Origin: an uncultured Lachnospiraceae bacterium
GTDB lineage: Bacteria; Bacillota; Clostridia; Christensenellales; UBA1242
Length of the DNA stretch: 64,000 nucleotides
Assembly (NCBI GenBank): GCA_964521165.1
Contig: CAZFRA010000002.1
Location: forward strand, 2,320-66,319
Direction: 5' to 3'
Notes under the pieces: generated by a model
Databases searched by the model: none
Told to the model about the DNA's origin: nothing
What the model saw: the letters and a program-made list of their open reading frames with translations, nothing else
In this document: one piece after another, positions 9,947 to 17,170 of the stretch
How the letters are laid out: each line of letters starts with the position of its first letter
How positions within the stretch are numbered: the first letter of the stretch is position 1
Position numbers and translations under genes: made by a program

Positions 9947-10123
9947 AAGTTTTTTATAGAGAGTATAAAAACTGCAAGGCAAATTGCCAAATATTTTCAA
10001 ATTCTGGAACCAAACTTTCCAAATTGGCTTAAAGAGTATATTAATGTTGATGAGATTGCAAAGAACACCATAAAAGACAATTTTGAGTTTGATATGACAA
10101 ATTATCTTTATATGACACCATAA
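9947..10123 (+). pseudogene. Possible gene remnant: 58-codon open frame with no start codon
   Basis: Stop-to-stop frame reads KFFIESIKTARQIAKYFQILEPNFPNWLKEYINVDEIAKNTIKDNFEFDMTNYLYMTP*. The composition is protein-like, but there is no ATG/GTG/TTG before codon 50 and no SD. Confidence 0.2.
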
Positions 10124-10130
10124 ACAAATT

Positions 10131-10166
10131 TAAAAAAAGAAGGAAATTTCCTTCTTTATTTTTTCT
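10131..10166. terminator. Bidirectional terminator (secA side and GNAT side)
   Basis: Perfect palindrome AGAAGGAAATTTCCTTCT (10138-10155) flanked by an A-run and a T-run. Confidence 0.75.
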
Positions 10167-10668
10167 CTTTACCTAAAACTAATTCTTTTTTAAGATAAAT
10201 CAAACCGCCATTATTTTCGAAAGAATAGCCATTTCTGGCGTAAAATTTTCTCGCCCCATACCAAGATTCGCTGTTAGGATGGAATATACCATAAATTCTT
10301 TGGCAATTTTGCTTTTTGCAAAAATCTTCCATTGTTGAAAGCATTGCTTTTCCAAGCCCTACGTTGAAATAGTTTTGGTCAAAGATTTTTATATCCAGCA
10401 ATTCGCAGTAAGAATTTTTTGCTCTTTTATCTTTAATAATGTGACAAGAAGTTTCATTGCAAAGTGTATTTTTGTTAATTGCAAAATAGACATATTTATT
10501 CTTGGCGGTGCTATATATTTTTTTGCTGGTTTGAGTAAAAATTTTAAAAATGCAATGGCCAACAATTTCGCCAATCCTATTGAACGCCGTCAGTGCATAA
10601 AAATTTTTCCCTGACGTAAAAGAAAGGTAAATAACTTTGTTGTTTTTCAATTCAAACTCTTTTTTCAT
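10156..10668 (-). CDS. GNAT-family N-acetyltransferase
   Basis: 170 aa. Motif-A-like VGLGKAMLSTMEDFCKK. C-terminal YARNGYSF typical of the GNAT fold. Confidence 0.7.
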   Translation of the reverse strand: MKKEFELKNNKVIYLSFTSGKNFYALTAFNRIGEIVGHCIFKIFTQTSKKIYSTAKNKYVYFAINKNTLCNETSCHIIKDKRAKNSYCELLDIKIFDQNYFNVGLGKAMLSTMEDFCKKQNCQRIYGIFHPNSESWYGARKFYARNGYSFENNGGLIYLKKELVLGKEKK

Positions 10669-10674
10669 AATTAT

Positions 10675-10703
10675 AATTTAACATAAAATACCGAAAAAGT
10701 CAA
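10675..10703 (-). promoter_or_regulatory. Promoter abutting the GNAT start codon (leaderless candidate)
   Basis: Minus strand: TTGACT (10703-10698), 17 nt, TAAATT (10680-10675), 6 nt, ATG at 10668. No SD. Confidence 0.55.
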
Positions 10704-10721
10704 TAGGCATCTTTAAAAATA

Positions 10722-10756
10722 AAAAAAACAAGAACAAATCGCTCTTGTTTTTTTAT
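10722..10756 (-). terminator. Terminator downstream of rpmE
   Basis: Hairpin AAAACAAGA...TCTTGTTTT with a 9-nt loop. On the minus strand it is followed by a U-run. Confidence 0.5.
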
Positions 10757-10766
10757 AAGTTTTATC

Positions 10767-10973
10767 TTAACCGCGGTTATATTTTTTGTTGAATTTTTCA
10801 ACATTACCACTTGCATCAACAACCTTTTTCTTACCGGTGAAGAATGGGTGACATTTGTTGCAGATATCAATTTTGATAGTGTCACCTTTAACACAAGAAC
10901 CAGTTTTGAAAGTGTTTCCGCAAGCACAAACAACGGTCACTTCGTGATAGTTTGGATGAATGCTTTCTTTCAT
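10767..10973 (-). CDS. rpmE: 50S ribosomal protein L31 (zinc-binding type A)
   Basis: [10 protein letters not shown]..., CACGNTF...[11 protein letters not shown]. Confidence 0.95.
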   Translation of the reverse strand: MKESIHPNYHEVTVVCACGNTFKTGSCVKGDTIKIDICNKCHPFFTGKKKVVDASGNVEKFNKKYNRG

Positions 10974-10987
10974 TTTTCTTTCTCCTT

Positions 10988-11245
10988 TTAGTCACCAAGA
11001 TATGGAAGCAATGCCATATTTCTTGCTCTTTTAATAGCGTTTGCAAGTTCTCTTTGATGATGAGAACAAACACCTGTTTGGCGTCTTGGCAAAATTTTGC
11101 CCTTTTCTGTGACATATTTTCTTATTTTTGCAACATCTTTATAATCAATTGTTTTTTCACCAGCAACACAAAAAGCGCAAACTTTCTTTTTCGATTGCTT
11201 ACGATATTTCTTTTGAACCTTTTCTTCGGTTTTAACTTCGCTCAT
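10988..11245 (-). CDS. rpsR: 30S ribosomal protein S18
   Basis: KKVCAFC..., IDYKDV..., [16 protein letters not shown] 11245 with an AAAGGAG SD is preferred over the alternative start at 11269. Confidence 0.95.
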   Translation of the reverse strand: MSEVKTEEKVQKKYRKQSKKKVCAFCVAGEKTIDYKDVAKIRKYVTEKGKILPRRQTGVCSHHQRELANAIKRARNMALLPYLGD

Positions 11246-11355
11246 ATTTAACTCCTTTTGCACCACCAAAAAAGTGGATGTTTTTTAAATTTAATAAATT
11301 AAGTCAGGCATAAAGGCAAAACAACCGCCCAAATGCGAACGGGTCACATTGTGAC

Positions 11356-11781
11356 TTAGAATGGAAGACTGTCGTCGTCAATTTCTTCAAGTTCAGCGGT
11401 TTGCTTTTGTTGTGGTTTTGGTTCACTTTGAGAAGGAGTAAAATCTCCGTCATCAGAGTTTTGACGATTTGTGCTAATAAATTCCACATCATCAGCAACG
11501 ACATCAGTCGTGTAGCGTCTTGAACCGTCTTGTGCTTCATAACTTGAAGTTTGAAGGCGACCAACAACAGCGCATTTTGAGCCCTTTTTCAAAAATTTAT
11601 GGCAAATTTCGGCGAGATTTCTCCAAACGACAATGTTGATGAAATCTGCATCTCTTTCGCCTTCCGCGTTTTGAAATCTTCTTGTCACTGCAAGCGAGAA
11701 ACGACAAACAGAAACTCCACTGTTTGTTGTTGAAAGTTCAGGGTCTCTTGTGAGATTACCAACCAAAATAACTTTATTCAT
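11356..11781 (-). CDS. ssb: Single-stranded DNA-binding protein
   Basis: OB-fold N-terminus MNKVILVGNLTRDPEL, disordered Q/P-rich linker, acidic tail DDDSLPF. Located in the rpsF-ssb-rpsR operon. Confidence 0.95.
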   Translation of the reverse strand: MNKVILVGNLTRDPELSTTNSGVSVCRFSLAVTRRFQNAEGERDADFINIVVWRNLAEICHKFLKKGSKCAVVGRLQTSSYEAQDGSRRYTTDVVADDVEFISTNRQNSDDGDFTPSQSEPKPQQKQTAELEEIDDDSLPF

Positions 11782-11792
11782 AATTTTTTCTC

Positions 11793-12074
11793 CTATTTTC
11801 TTACAAACATTTGACGAACGATACCGTCAGTGATAGTCATAAGTTTGTTCATTGCATCGACTTCTTCTGGATTCAAAGTCATATTGAAAATGACATAATA
11901 TCCTTCGTTTTTGAAGTTGATTGGATAAGCAAACTTTTTCATACCGACTCTTTCAACGCCTTCAATATTGCCGCCGTGAGATTCAACATAGGACTTAAAT
12001 TTGTTGATAAGCTCTTCTCTTTTTTCTTCGGCAACATCTTGCGCGATGATAAACATAAGTTCATACTTATTCAT
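11793..12074 (-). CDS. rpsF: 30S ribosomal protein S6
   Basis: MNKYELMFII...GVERVGMKKFAYPI. ATG 12074 with an AAAGGAGG SD. The upstream extension to 12158 in the track is rejected. Confidence 0.95.
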   Translation of the reverse strand: MNKYELMFIIAQDVAEEKREELINKFKSYVESHGGNIEGVERVGMKKFAYPINFKNEGYYVIFNMTLNPEEVDAMNKLMTITDGIVRQMFVRK

Positions 12075-12148
12075 CTTTCTACCTCCTTTTGGACTAATGG
12101 TTTTTGCTACAAACAAAAACAAGGACAGTATTTTTAACTGCTTTAAGC

Positions 12149-12177
12149 ATTTTAGCATAGAAAAATATATTTGTCAA
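12149..12177 (-). promoter_or_regulatory. rpsF-ssb-rpsR operon promoter
   Basis: Minus strand: TTGACA (12177-12172), 17 nt, TAAAAT (12154-12149). Leaves a roughly 65-nt 5' UTR. Confidence 0.65.
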
Positions 12178-12204
12178 GTATTTGGATAATAGTTCGAAAA
12201 GAAA

Positions 12205-12237
12205 AAAGACATCCTGTTTGCAAGATGTCTTATTTTA
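12205..12237 (-). terminator. Terminator at the end of the prmC-prfA transcription unit
   Basis: Hairpin GACATC...GATGTC around 12207-12235. On the minus strand it is followed by TTTTTTCTTTT. Confidence 0.65.
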
Positions 12238-12316
12238 ATTACAATTCCCTGTCGCATTTATAAGACAAACTGATAGATTTTTGCTTGGTTGGTTCAATCA
12301 TATAAATTGTGGAATA

Positions 12317-12475
12317 TTAACCTTCTTCGTCGTAGCGGAATTTAGCGGTGTTGGTTGAAATTAACATTTGCACGCCGATTGGCAAAATCATAGTTTCATC
12401 GGTGTTGATATCACAAGCGGAACAAAGCATTCCAAATTCGCCAAACGCGTGACCGGTTTTGTCGGTGCTTAAAAG
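12317..12475 (-). pseudogene. Possible gene remnant or unannotated micro-ORF between prfA and its terminator
   Basis: 52-codon open frame LLSTDKTGHAFGEFGMLCSACDINTDETMILPIGVQMLISTNTAKFRYDEEG*. The first ATG (12430) gives only 37 aa and has no SD. I recognise no family. Confidence 0.2.
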
Positions 12476-12502
12476 TTAGAAACTAGAAGGAGACAATATC
12501 TC

Positions 12503-13585
12503 TCATAGGTTGGCGAGCATTTCAGTTCTTTCTTTCAATACCATTGCTTCGATAAACTCTTCAATATCTCCGTTCAAAACACTTTCAAGGTCATAGGATG
12601 AAAGGTTAGTTCGGTGGTCGGTTACGCGCCCTTGCGGATAGTTGTAGGTTCGAATTCTCTCATTACGATTTCCGCGCCCAACTTGACTTTTTCGATTTTG
12701 CTCATATTCGCTATCGCGTTGCTCGCAGTAGTGGTCATAGAGTTTACTTTTCAAGATATTCATCGCTTTTTCTTTGTTTTTAAGTTGTGAGCGTTCGTCC
12801 TGACAAGTTACGACAATTCCGGTTGGAAGGTGAGTGATTCTTATCGCGCTTTCCGTTTTGTTAACGTGTTGACCGCCGGCACCACCGCTTCGGTATGTAT
12901 CAATTTTAAGGTCGGAGTCGAGAATTTCAAAATCGATATCTTCAACTTCAGGAAGAACGGCAACGGTTGCGGTTGAAGTGTGAATTCTGCCACCACTTTC
13001 GGTTTCCGGTACACGCTGAACGCGATGCACGCCACTTTCATATTTCAATTTGGAATAGGCACCCTTACCGCGATAAAGAACTGTGCATTCCTTGATGCCA
13101 CCAAGTTCGGTTTCGTTCATATCCAAAATTTCGGTCTTCCAGCGATTTTTGTCGGCAAAATGAGAATACATTCTCAAAAGTTCTGTGCCGAAAAGCGCAC
13201 TTTCCTCACCGCCAGCAGCAGCGCGAATTTCTAAAATAGCGTTACTGTCGTCATTTTCGTCTTTTGGAAGAAGTAAAATTTTGATTTCTTCAATTTGTTT
13301 TTCGATTTGTCTTTTCAATTCGCGAATTTCGTTCTCAAACAAACTTTTCATTTCTGGGTCACTTTCAGATTTAAGGTCATTTTCGCAATTTTCAAGATTT
13401 TGAGAAAGAGAAAGGAGAGAAGAGTATGCATTTGCGATATCTTCCAAATTTGAGCGTTCTTTAACAAGTTTCTTCCACTCTTTATTGTTGGCGATAACTT
13501 CCGGCTGAATTACAAGCGAAGTTAGTTCGTCAAATCTTTCCTTTGATTTTTTTGTTTTTTGCAAAAATTCTTTATAGTCTTCCAT
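12503..13585 (-). CDS. prfA: Peptide chain release factor 1
   Basis: GGQ motif (GGAGGQHVNKT), RF1 PxT tripeptide (VPETE). 360 aa. Start overlaps the prmC end by 14 nt. Confidence 0.97.
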   Translation of the reverse strand: MEDYKEFLQKTKKSKERFDELTSLVIQPEVIANNKEWKKLVKERSNLEDIANAYSSLLSLSQNLENCENDLKSESDPEMKSLFENEIRELKRQIEKQIEEIKILLLPKDENDDSNAILEIRAAAGGEESALFGTELLRMYSHFADKNRWKTEILDMNETELGGIKECTVLYRGKGAYSKLKYESGVHRVQRVPETESGGRIHTSTATVAVLPEVEDIDFEILDSDLKIDTYRSGGAGGQHVNKTESAIRITHLPTGIVVTCQDERSQLKNKEKAMNILKSKLYDHYCEQRDSEYEQNRKSQVGRGNRNERIRTYNYPQGRVTDHRTNLSSYDLESVLNGDIEEFIEAMVLKERTEMLANL

Positions 13586-15248
13586 AAATCACCCTTTCAA
13601 TTTTGTTGTAGTCCTTGACAATTTTGATATCTTTAAAACCGTTTTCTTTCATAATTTTCTTAACGGCGATATACTGTCCTTTGCCAATCTCGAAAAACAA
13701 TAAACCACCATTCGCAAGGTGCGCTGGGGCACGCTTACAGATTTCGCGATAGAAGAAAAGACCGTCTTCGCCGCCGTCGAGTGCGATTTTCGGGTCACAC
13801 TCTTTAACATTAACATCGAGTTTAGCGATATCTTTTGTTGGTATATATGGTGGATTTGACACAATTATATCAAACTTTTTTCGTTTTTTCAAGTTTTCAA
13901 AGAGATTTGAGTATAGAAAATCGACTTTAACATTGTGTTTTTTGGCATTTATCTGTGCGGTCAACAGCGCCGACTTGGAAACATCGCTTGCCGTCACTTC
14001 CGCTCCACTAAACTTGGCGATAGAGATTGCGATTGCACCACTTCCAGTGCCAAGGTCGAGAATTTTGGTTTTTCTTTTAATAAATTTCAAGACTTCTTCC
14101 ACCAAAATTTCTGTTTCCATACGTGGTGTCAAGACTTTTTTGTTAACTTCAAAAAGAAGTCCATAAAATTCGGTGTAGCCAAAAATATTGTCCACACTTT
14201 CGCCGTTTGCTCGTCGCGTTGTCGCTTTCATAATTTCGCGATATTCTTTTTCGCTGACACTTTCCACAAGTTTTATATCACCACGGTTTTTGCCCAAAAC
14301 ATTAGCAATAATCCAATCGGCGTCGCTTTTGTCTTTAACATTACTTGCCAAAAGTTTGTTACGAACTTCTGCATAGACCAGCGAAAAAGGTTTTCTTGTT
14401 TTGTCGTTCATCGTTTTCCTTTCTTTTTGAGTGGTCAAAAAATCAATTTCGGTCTCTGCTGTCAAAACGGTTTCGAGATGAGTTGTCGACGGTTTCATTG
14501 TTACAAAGAAAGAAGTAACGAAACAGAGCGATTTCAGAGCGCTCAAATTTGACTTGTCGATAAGCCACAAAATCTCGTAGGTCACCATAATGACCAGCAA
14601 AAAGATTGCCAAATTAACCAAAAAGTTTAGGATAAATCCCAAACTTACTCCAATAAATGTTACCACAAACATATCAAAAAAGAAAACAAAAACAACAAAA
14701 TTTAAAAAATTTAACGGTTCGCATAGACCATTTTTAACTTTTCCGCGACAATTTTCTCCATAAACCGACACCAAGTCGCTGGCACGGTTGAACCGAAAGA
14801 GTTCTCGAAGACTCGGAAAAAACTTTAAAAACGAAAGAAAAATCGCAAACAAAAGGATGCGAAAAAAGGAGATGAGAAAATTTCTTAAAAGTGTGAAACC
14901 GCCGGCGCCAACCAGCCAATATCCAAGTTTACCCGGCAAAAGTCCCAAGACAACACCGGCAAAAACAACACCCAAAACGCCAAAAAGAATTTCAAAAATC
15001 ACTCCTTTTGTCTTTTGTTTTTTGTCGCAAAGCGCACTCGACCAAAAAAGACAGCGAAAAAAAGCGACAAGTCCGCAGAAAAAATATTGCAAACCGCGAG
15101 CGAAAGGAAAATGCCAAAAAATAATTTTGTTTTTTGTGTTTTCACTTTCAAGACTTCGACTGCCACCGCAGTCAATTAGCGAAATCGCACGCCGATTTAA
15201 AAATTGGCACGCTGCACCATTAGAACAAGGGAAAAATATTTTTTTCAT
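13572..15248 (-). CDS. prmC: Fusion protein: DUF1385-like polytopic membrane domain plus release-factor glutamine N5-methyltransferase PrmC
   Basis: C-terminal half has LDLGTGSGAIAIS (SAM-binding) and IVSNPPYIP (NPPY). The N-terminal roughly 270 aa are multi-TM, with PFARGL... and ...VTMKPSTTHLETVLTAETEI resembling DUF1385 landmarks. A single 558-codon frame. Confidence 0.85.
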   Translation of the reverse strand: MKKIFFPCSNGAACQFLNRRAISLIDCGGSRSLESENTKNKIIFWHFPFARGLQYFFCGLVAFFRCLFWSSALCDKKQKTKGVIFEILFGVLGVVFAGVVLGLLPGKLGYWLVGAGGFTLLRNFLISFFRILLFAIFLSFLKFFPSLRELFRFNRASDLVSVYGENCRGKVKNGLCEPLNFLNFVVFVFFFDMFVVTFIGVSLGFILNFLVNLAIFLLVIMVTYEILWLIDKSNLSALKSLCFVTSFFVTMKPSTTHLETVLTAETEIDFLTTQKERKTMNDKTRKPFSLVYAEVRNKLLASNVKDKSDADWIIANVLGKNRGDIKLVESVSEKEYREIMKATTRRANGESVDNIFGYTEFYGLLFEVNKKVLTPRMETEILVEEVLKFIKRKTKILDLGTGSGAIAISIAKFSGAEVTASDVSKSALLTAQINAKKHNVKVDFLYSNLFENLKKRKKFDIIVSNPPYIPTKDIAKLDVNVKECDPKIALDGGEDGLFFYREICKRAPAHLANGGLLFFEIGKGQYIAVKKIMKENGFKDIKIVKDYNKIERVIYGRL

Positions 15249-15254
15249 ACTTAA

Positions 15255-15283
15255 ATTATTGCCGAAAAATGATATTTTAACAA
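15255..15283 (-). promoter_or_regulatory. Promoter abutting the DUF1385-prmC start (leaderless candidate)
   Basis: Minus strand: TTGTTA (15283-15278), 17 nt, AATAAT (15260-15255), 6 nt, ATG 15248. No SD. Confidence 0.4.
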
Positions 15284-15313
15284 TAAATTAAAAATATTTG
15301 AAAAATAAATAAT

Positions 15314-15345
15314 TAAAAAAAAGAAAGGCGAAAAACCTTTCTTTA
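15314..15345 (-). terminator. Terminator of the pilin-like gene
   Basis: Stem AGAAAGG (15322-15328) / CCTTTCT (15336-15342). The A-run 15314-15321 is the U-tract on the minus strand. Confidence 0.65.
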
Positions 15346-15409
15346 ATTTTAATATATAAAAATAGGATGAGTAAGCTAAACTTTAGTAATATTATTATAA
15401 TTGCTTTGA

Positions 15410-15781
15410 TCAAAAAAGGCTTGAGCCACTAACAATAGCACTAGCAGCACTAGTAGTACCACTAACACCGTCGAAGAGACCGAATGCATCAAGAATTACA
15501 GGTAACAACACGTTGAAGAACAAGATTAACGCAATTGTTACAACAATAGAAACGATAACATTGATAAGTCTTTTCTTTGCTTCTTCTCTTTGTTCTGAAG
15601 AATCTGCTCTTGCCATTTTAACACCGATATAAATAGCATAAACGGCACCAACAGCACCAACAAGAATCAATGCTACCCATAAAACCCATTCAATTGCGCT
15701 CAATAAAGTTCCTAACCAATCACCAACATGCGTTGTCAAGTCACTCCAAGTAGTTATGCCAATAGACAATAGAGTTCCCAT
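15410..15781 (-). CDS. Small two-TM membrane protein resembling VirB2/TrbC-type (T4SS-pilin-like) proteins
   Basis: AGGAGGGAG SD. 123 aa. TM1 (WVLWVALILVGAVGAVYAIYIGV), then a charged loop KMARADSSEQREEAKKRL, then TM2 (INVIVSIVVTIALILFFNVLLPVIL). This matches the TM / A-x-D/G...AKK / TM layout of T4SS pilins. The family call rests on recollection only. Confidence 0.6.
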   Translation of the reverse strand: MGTLLSIGITTWSDLTTHVGDWLGTLLSAIEWVLWVALILVGAVGAVYAIYIGVKMARADSSEQREEAKKRLINVIVSIVVTIALILFFNVLLPVILDAFGLFDGVSGTTSAASAIVSGSSLF

Positions 15782-15944
15782 TTCTCCCTCCTATTTTAAA
15801 TTATTTTTTTCAAAATATGAAGAAATATTCTTCACTTTGATATGCATATGATAACATATTAAAAAATATTTTCAAAACGATTTTAATAAATTTTTAAAAA
15901 AATTTTAAGTTTTTTTTAATTTATTTTTTTATAAGAATAATCAA

Positions 15945-15978
15945 TAAAAAAAATAAAAGGGAAAAACCTTTTATTTTT
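15945..15978 (-). terminator. Terminator of the 61-aa peptide gene
   Basis: Stem ATAAAAGG (15953-15960) / CCTTTTAT (15967-15974), with a flanking A-run that is a U-run on the minus strand. Confidence 0.6.
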
Positions 15979-15983
15979 GAGAT

Positions 15984-16169
15984 TTATATAAAAAATCTTG
16001 CGTTATTTGAACAACAACCACCATTCCACCAGCCCGAGTTCCAGTTGTTTGTTCCGCTTAAACCGAGAAGAAGTAACAAAAGGATGTTTGTGTTGGTGGC
16101 AAGATTTGTGTCGTTTTGAGAACTCAATGTGGAAAGCAAAAACACCCATAAAAATTCTTGTGAAGACAT
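15984..16169 (-). CDS. 61-aa hydrophobic peptide with a Trp/Gly/Asn/Cys-rich C-terminus
   Basis: Strong SD (AGGAGGG, 4-5 nt from the ATG) and its own terminator. Sequence MSSQEFLWVFLLSTLSSQNDTNLATNTNILLLLLLGLSGTNNWNSGWWNGGCCSNNARFFI. Divergent from the ArsR gene. Confidence 0.5.
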   Translation of the reverse strand: MSSQEFLWVFLLSTLSSQNDTNLATNTNILLLLLLGLSGTNNWNSGWWNGGCCSNNARFFI

Positions 16170-16327
16170 AAAACCCTCCTTTTTGGCAAAAAAATGGGAA
16201 ATAAGTCAAAATTTGCAAAAAACATAAATTTATTTTTTTTGACTTTTTCGTTGTTTTTTGGCAAAATATTTTTGATATAGTTATTTTTATGCCAAAAAAA
16301 TTTAGGGTGACACAAAAAGGAGAGATT

Positions 16328-16660
16328 ATGGAGAAATTTATTAAAATCAACGCCAGAAGCAAGTTCGAAGTGCAAAAGTTTTTGCCGGATGATGATGTTG
16401 TCAACAAACTCGCAGACTATTTTCAAAGTTTTTCCGATCAAACGCGACTTAAAATTCTTTCTTGTTTGTCGATAATGGATATGTGCGTCAACGACCTTTC
16501 GCTTGTTTTGGGAATTAACCAAACAACAATTTCTCATCAACTCAAAACTTTGAAAGACCAAAACCTTGTGGAATATAAGCGCGAAGGTAAGGTGCTTATT
16601 TATCGCATTAAGAGTGAAGATGTTAGCAGTATAATGACTTACGCCGTTAACCATTTCTAG
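16328..16660 (+). CDS. ArsR/SmtB-family metalloregulator
   Basis: wHTH with LADYFQSFSDQTRLKILSCL and DMCVNDLSLVLGINQTTISHQLKTL (a variant of the ELCVCDL metal-site region). ATG 16328 with an AAAGGAGAG SD is preferred over 16289. Confidence 0.85.
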   Translation: MEKFIKINARSKFEVQKFLPDDDVVNKLADYFQSFSDQTRLKILSCLSIMDMCVNDLSLVLGINQTTISHQLKTLKDQNLVEYKREGKVLIYRIKSEDVSSIMTYAVNHF

Positions 16661-16763
16661 AAAGATTGTGTATAGACAGTTAAGTTAATTAGTTATTATA
16701 TATGATATACTTACAAGACTTCTGCAAAAAATAGCCGAAATAGTTGATATTTTGAAAAAGGGG

Positions 16764-16800
16764 ACAAAAAAATACCGAGCTTGCGCTCGATATTTTTTTA
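16764..16800 (-). terminator. Terminator downstream of hup
   Basis: GC-rich stem CGAGC/GCTCG (16776-16789). The A-run 16765-16772 is the U-tract on the minus strand. Confidence 0.6.
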
Positions 16801-16809
16801 AAGGCTTTA

Positions 16810-17085
16810 TTAAGCATTAAAAATTGCTTTGAAACTTTTTCCAAATTTGAATTTTGGTGCTCTGCAAGCAGCAACCTTAACAGGTTGTTTTGTCATTGGA
16901 TTGATTTTTGTTGTTGCTGGTTTAGAAACAAGTTCGAAAGAACCAAATCCAGGAATAACAATTTTATCTCCTCCTTTGAGAGCGCTTACGATTGTGTCAA
17001 CAACTGCGTCGAACACAACTCCTGCATCCTTTTGAGTGCAGTTTGCTTTTTCAGCAACAGCTTTAATAAATTCACCTTTATTCAT
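16810..17085 (-). CDS. hup: DNA-binding protein HU
   Basis: MNKGEFIKAVAEK...GFGSFE...R.GRNP-like arm (PATTKINPMTKQPVKV). 91 aa. AAGGAGA SD. Confidence 0.95.
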   Translation of the reverse strand: MNKGEFIKAVAEKANCTQKDAGVVFDAVVDTIVSALKGGDKIVIPGFGSFELVSKPATTKINPMTKQPVKVAACRAPKFKFGKSFKAIFNA

Positions 17086-17170
17086 TTTTCAATCTCCTTT
17101 TTGTGATTTTTAGCACATTTATGCTGAGTCTATGATATCACAATTCTTCAAAAAATCCAAATGATTTTCA

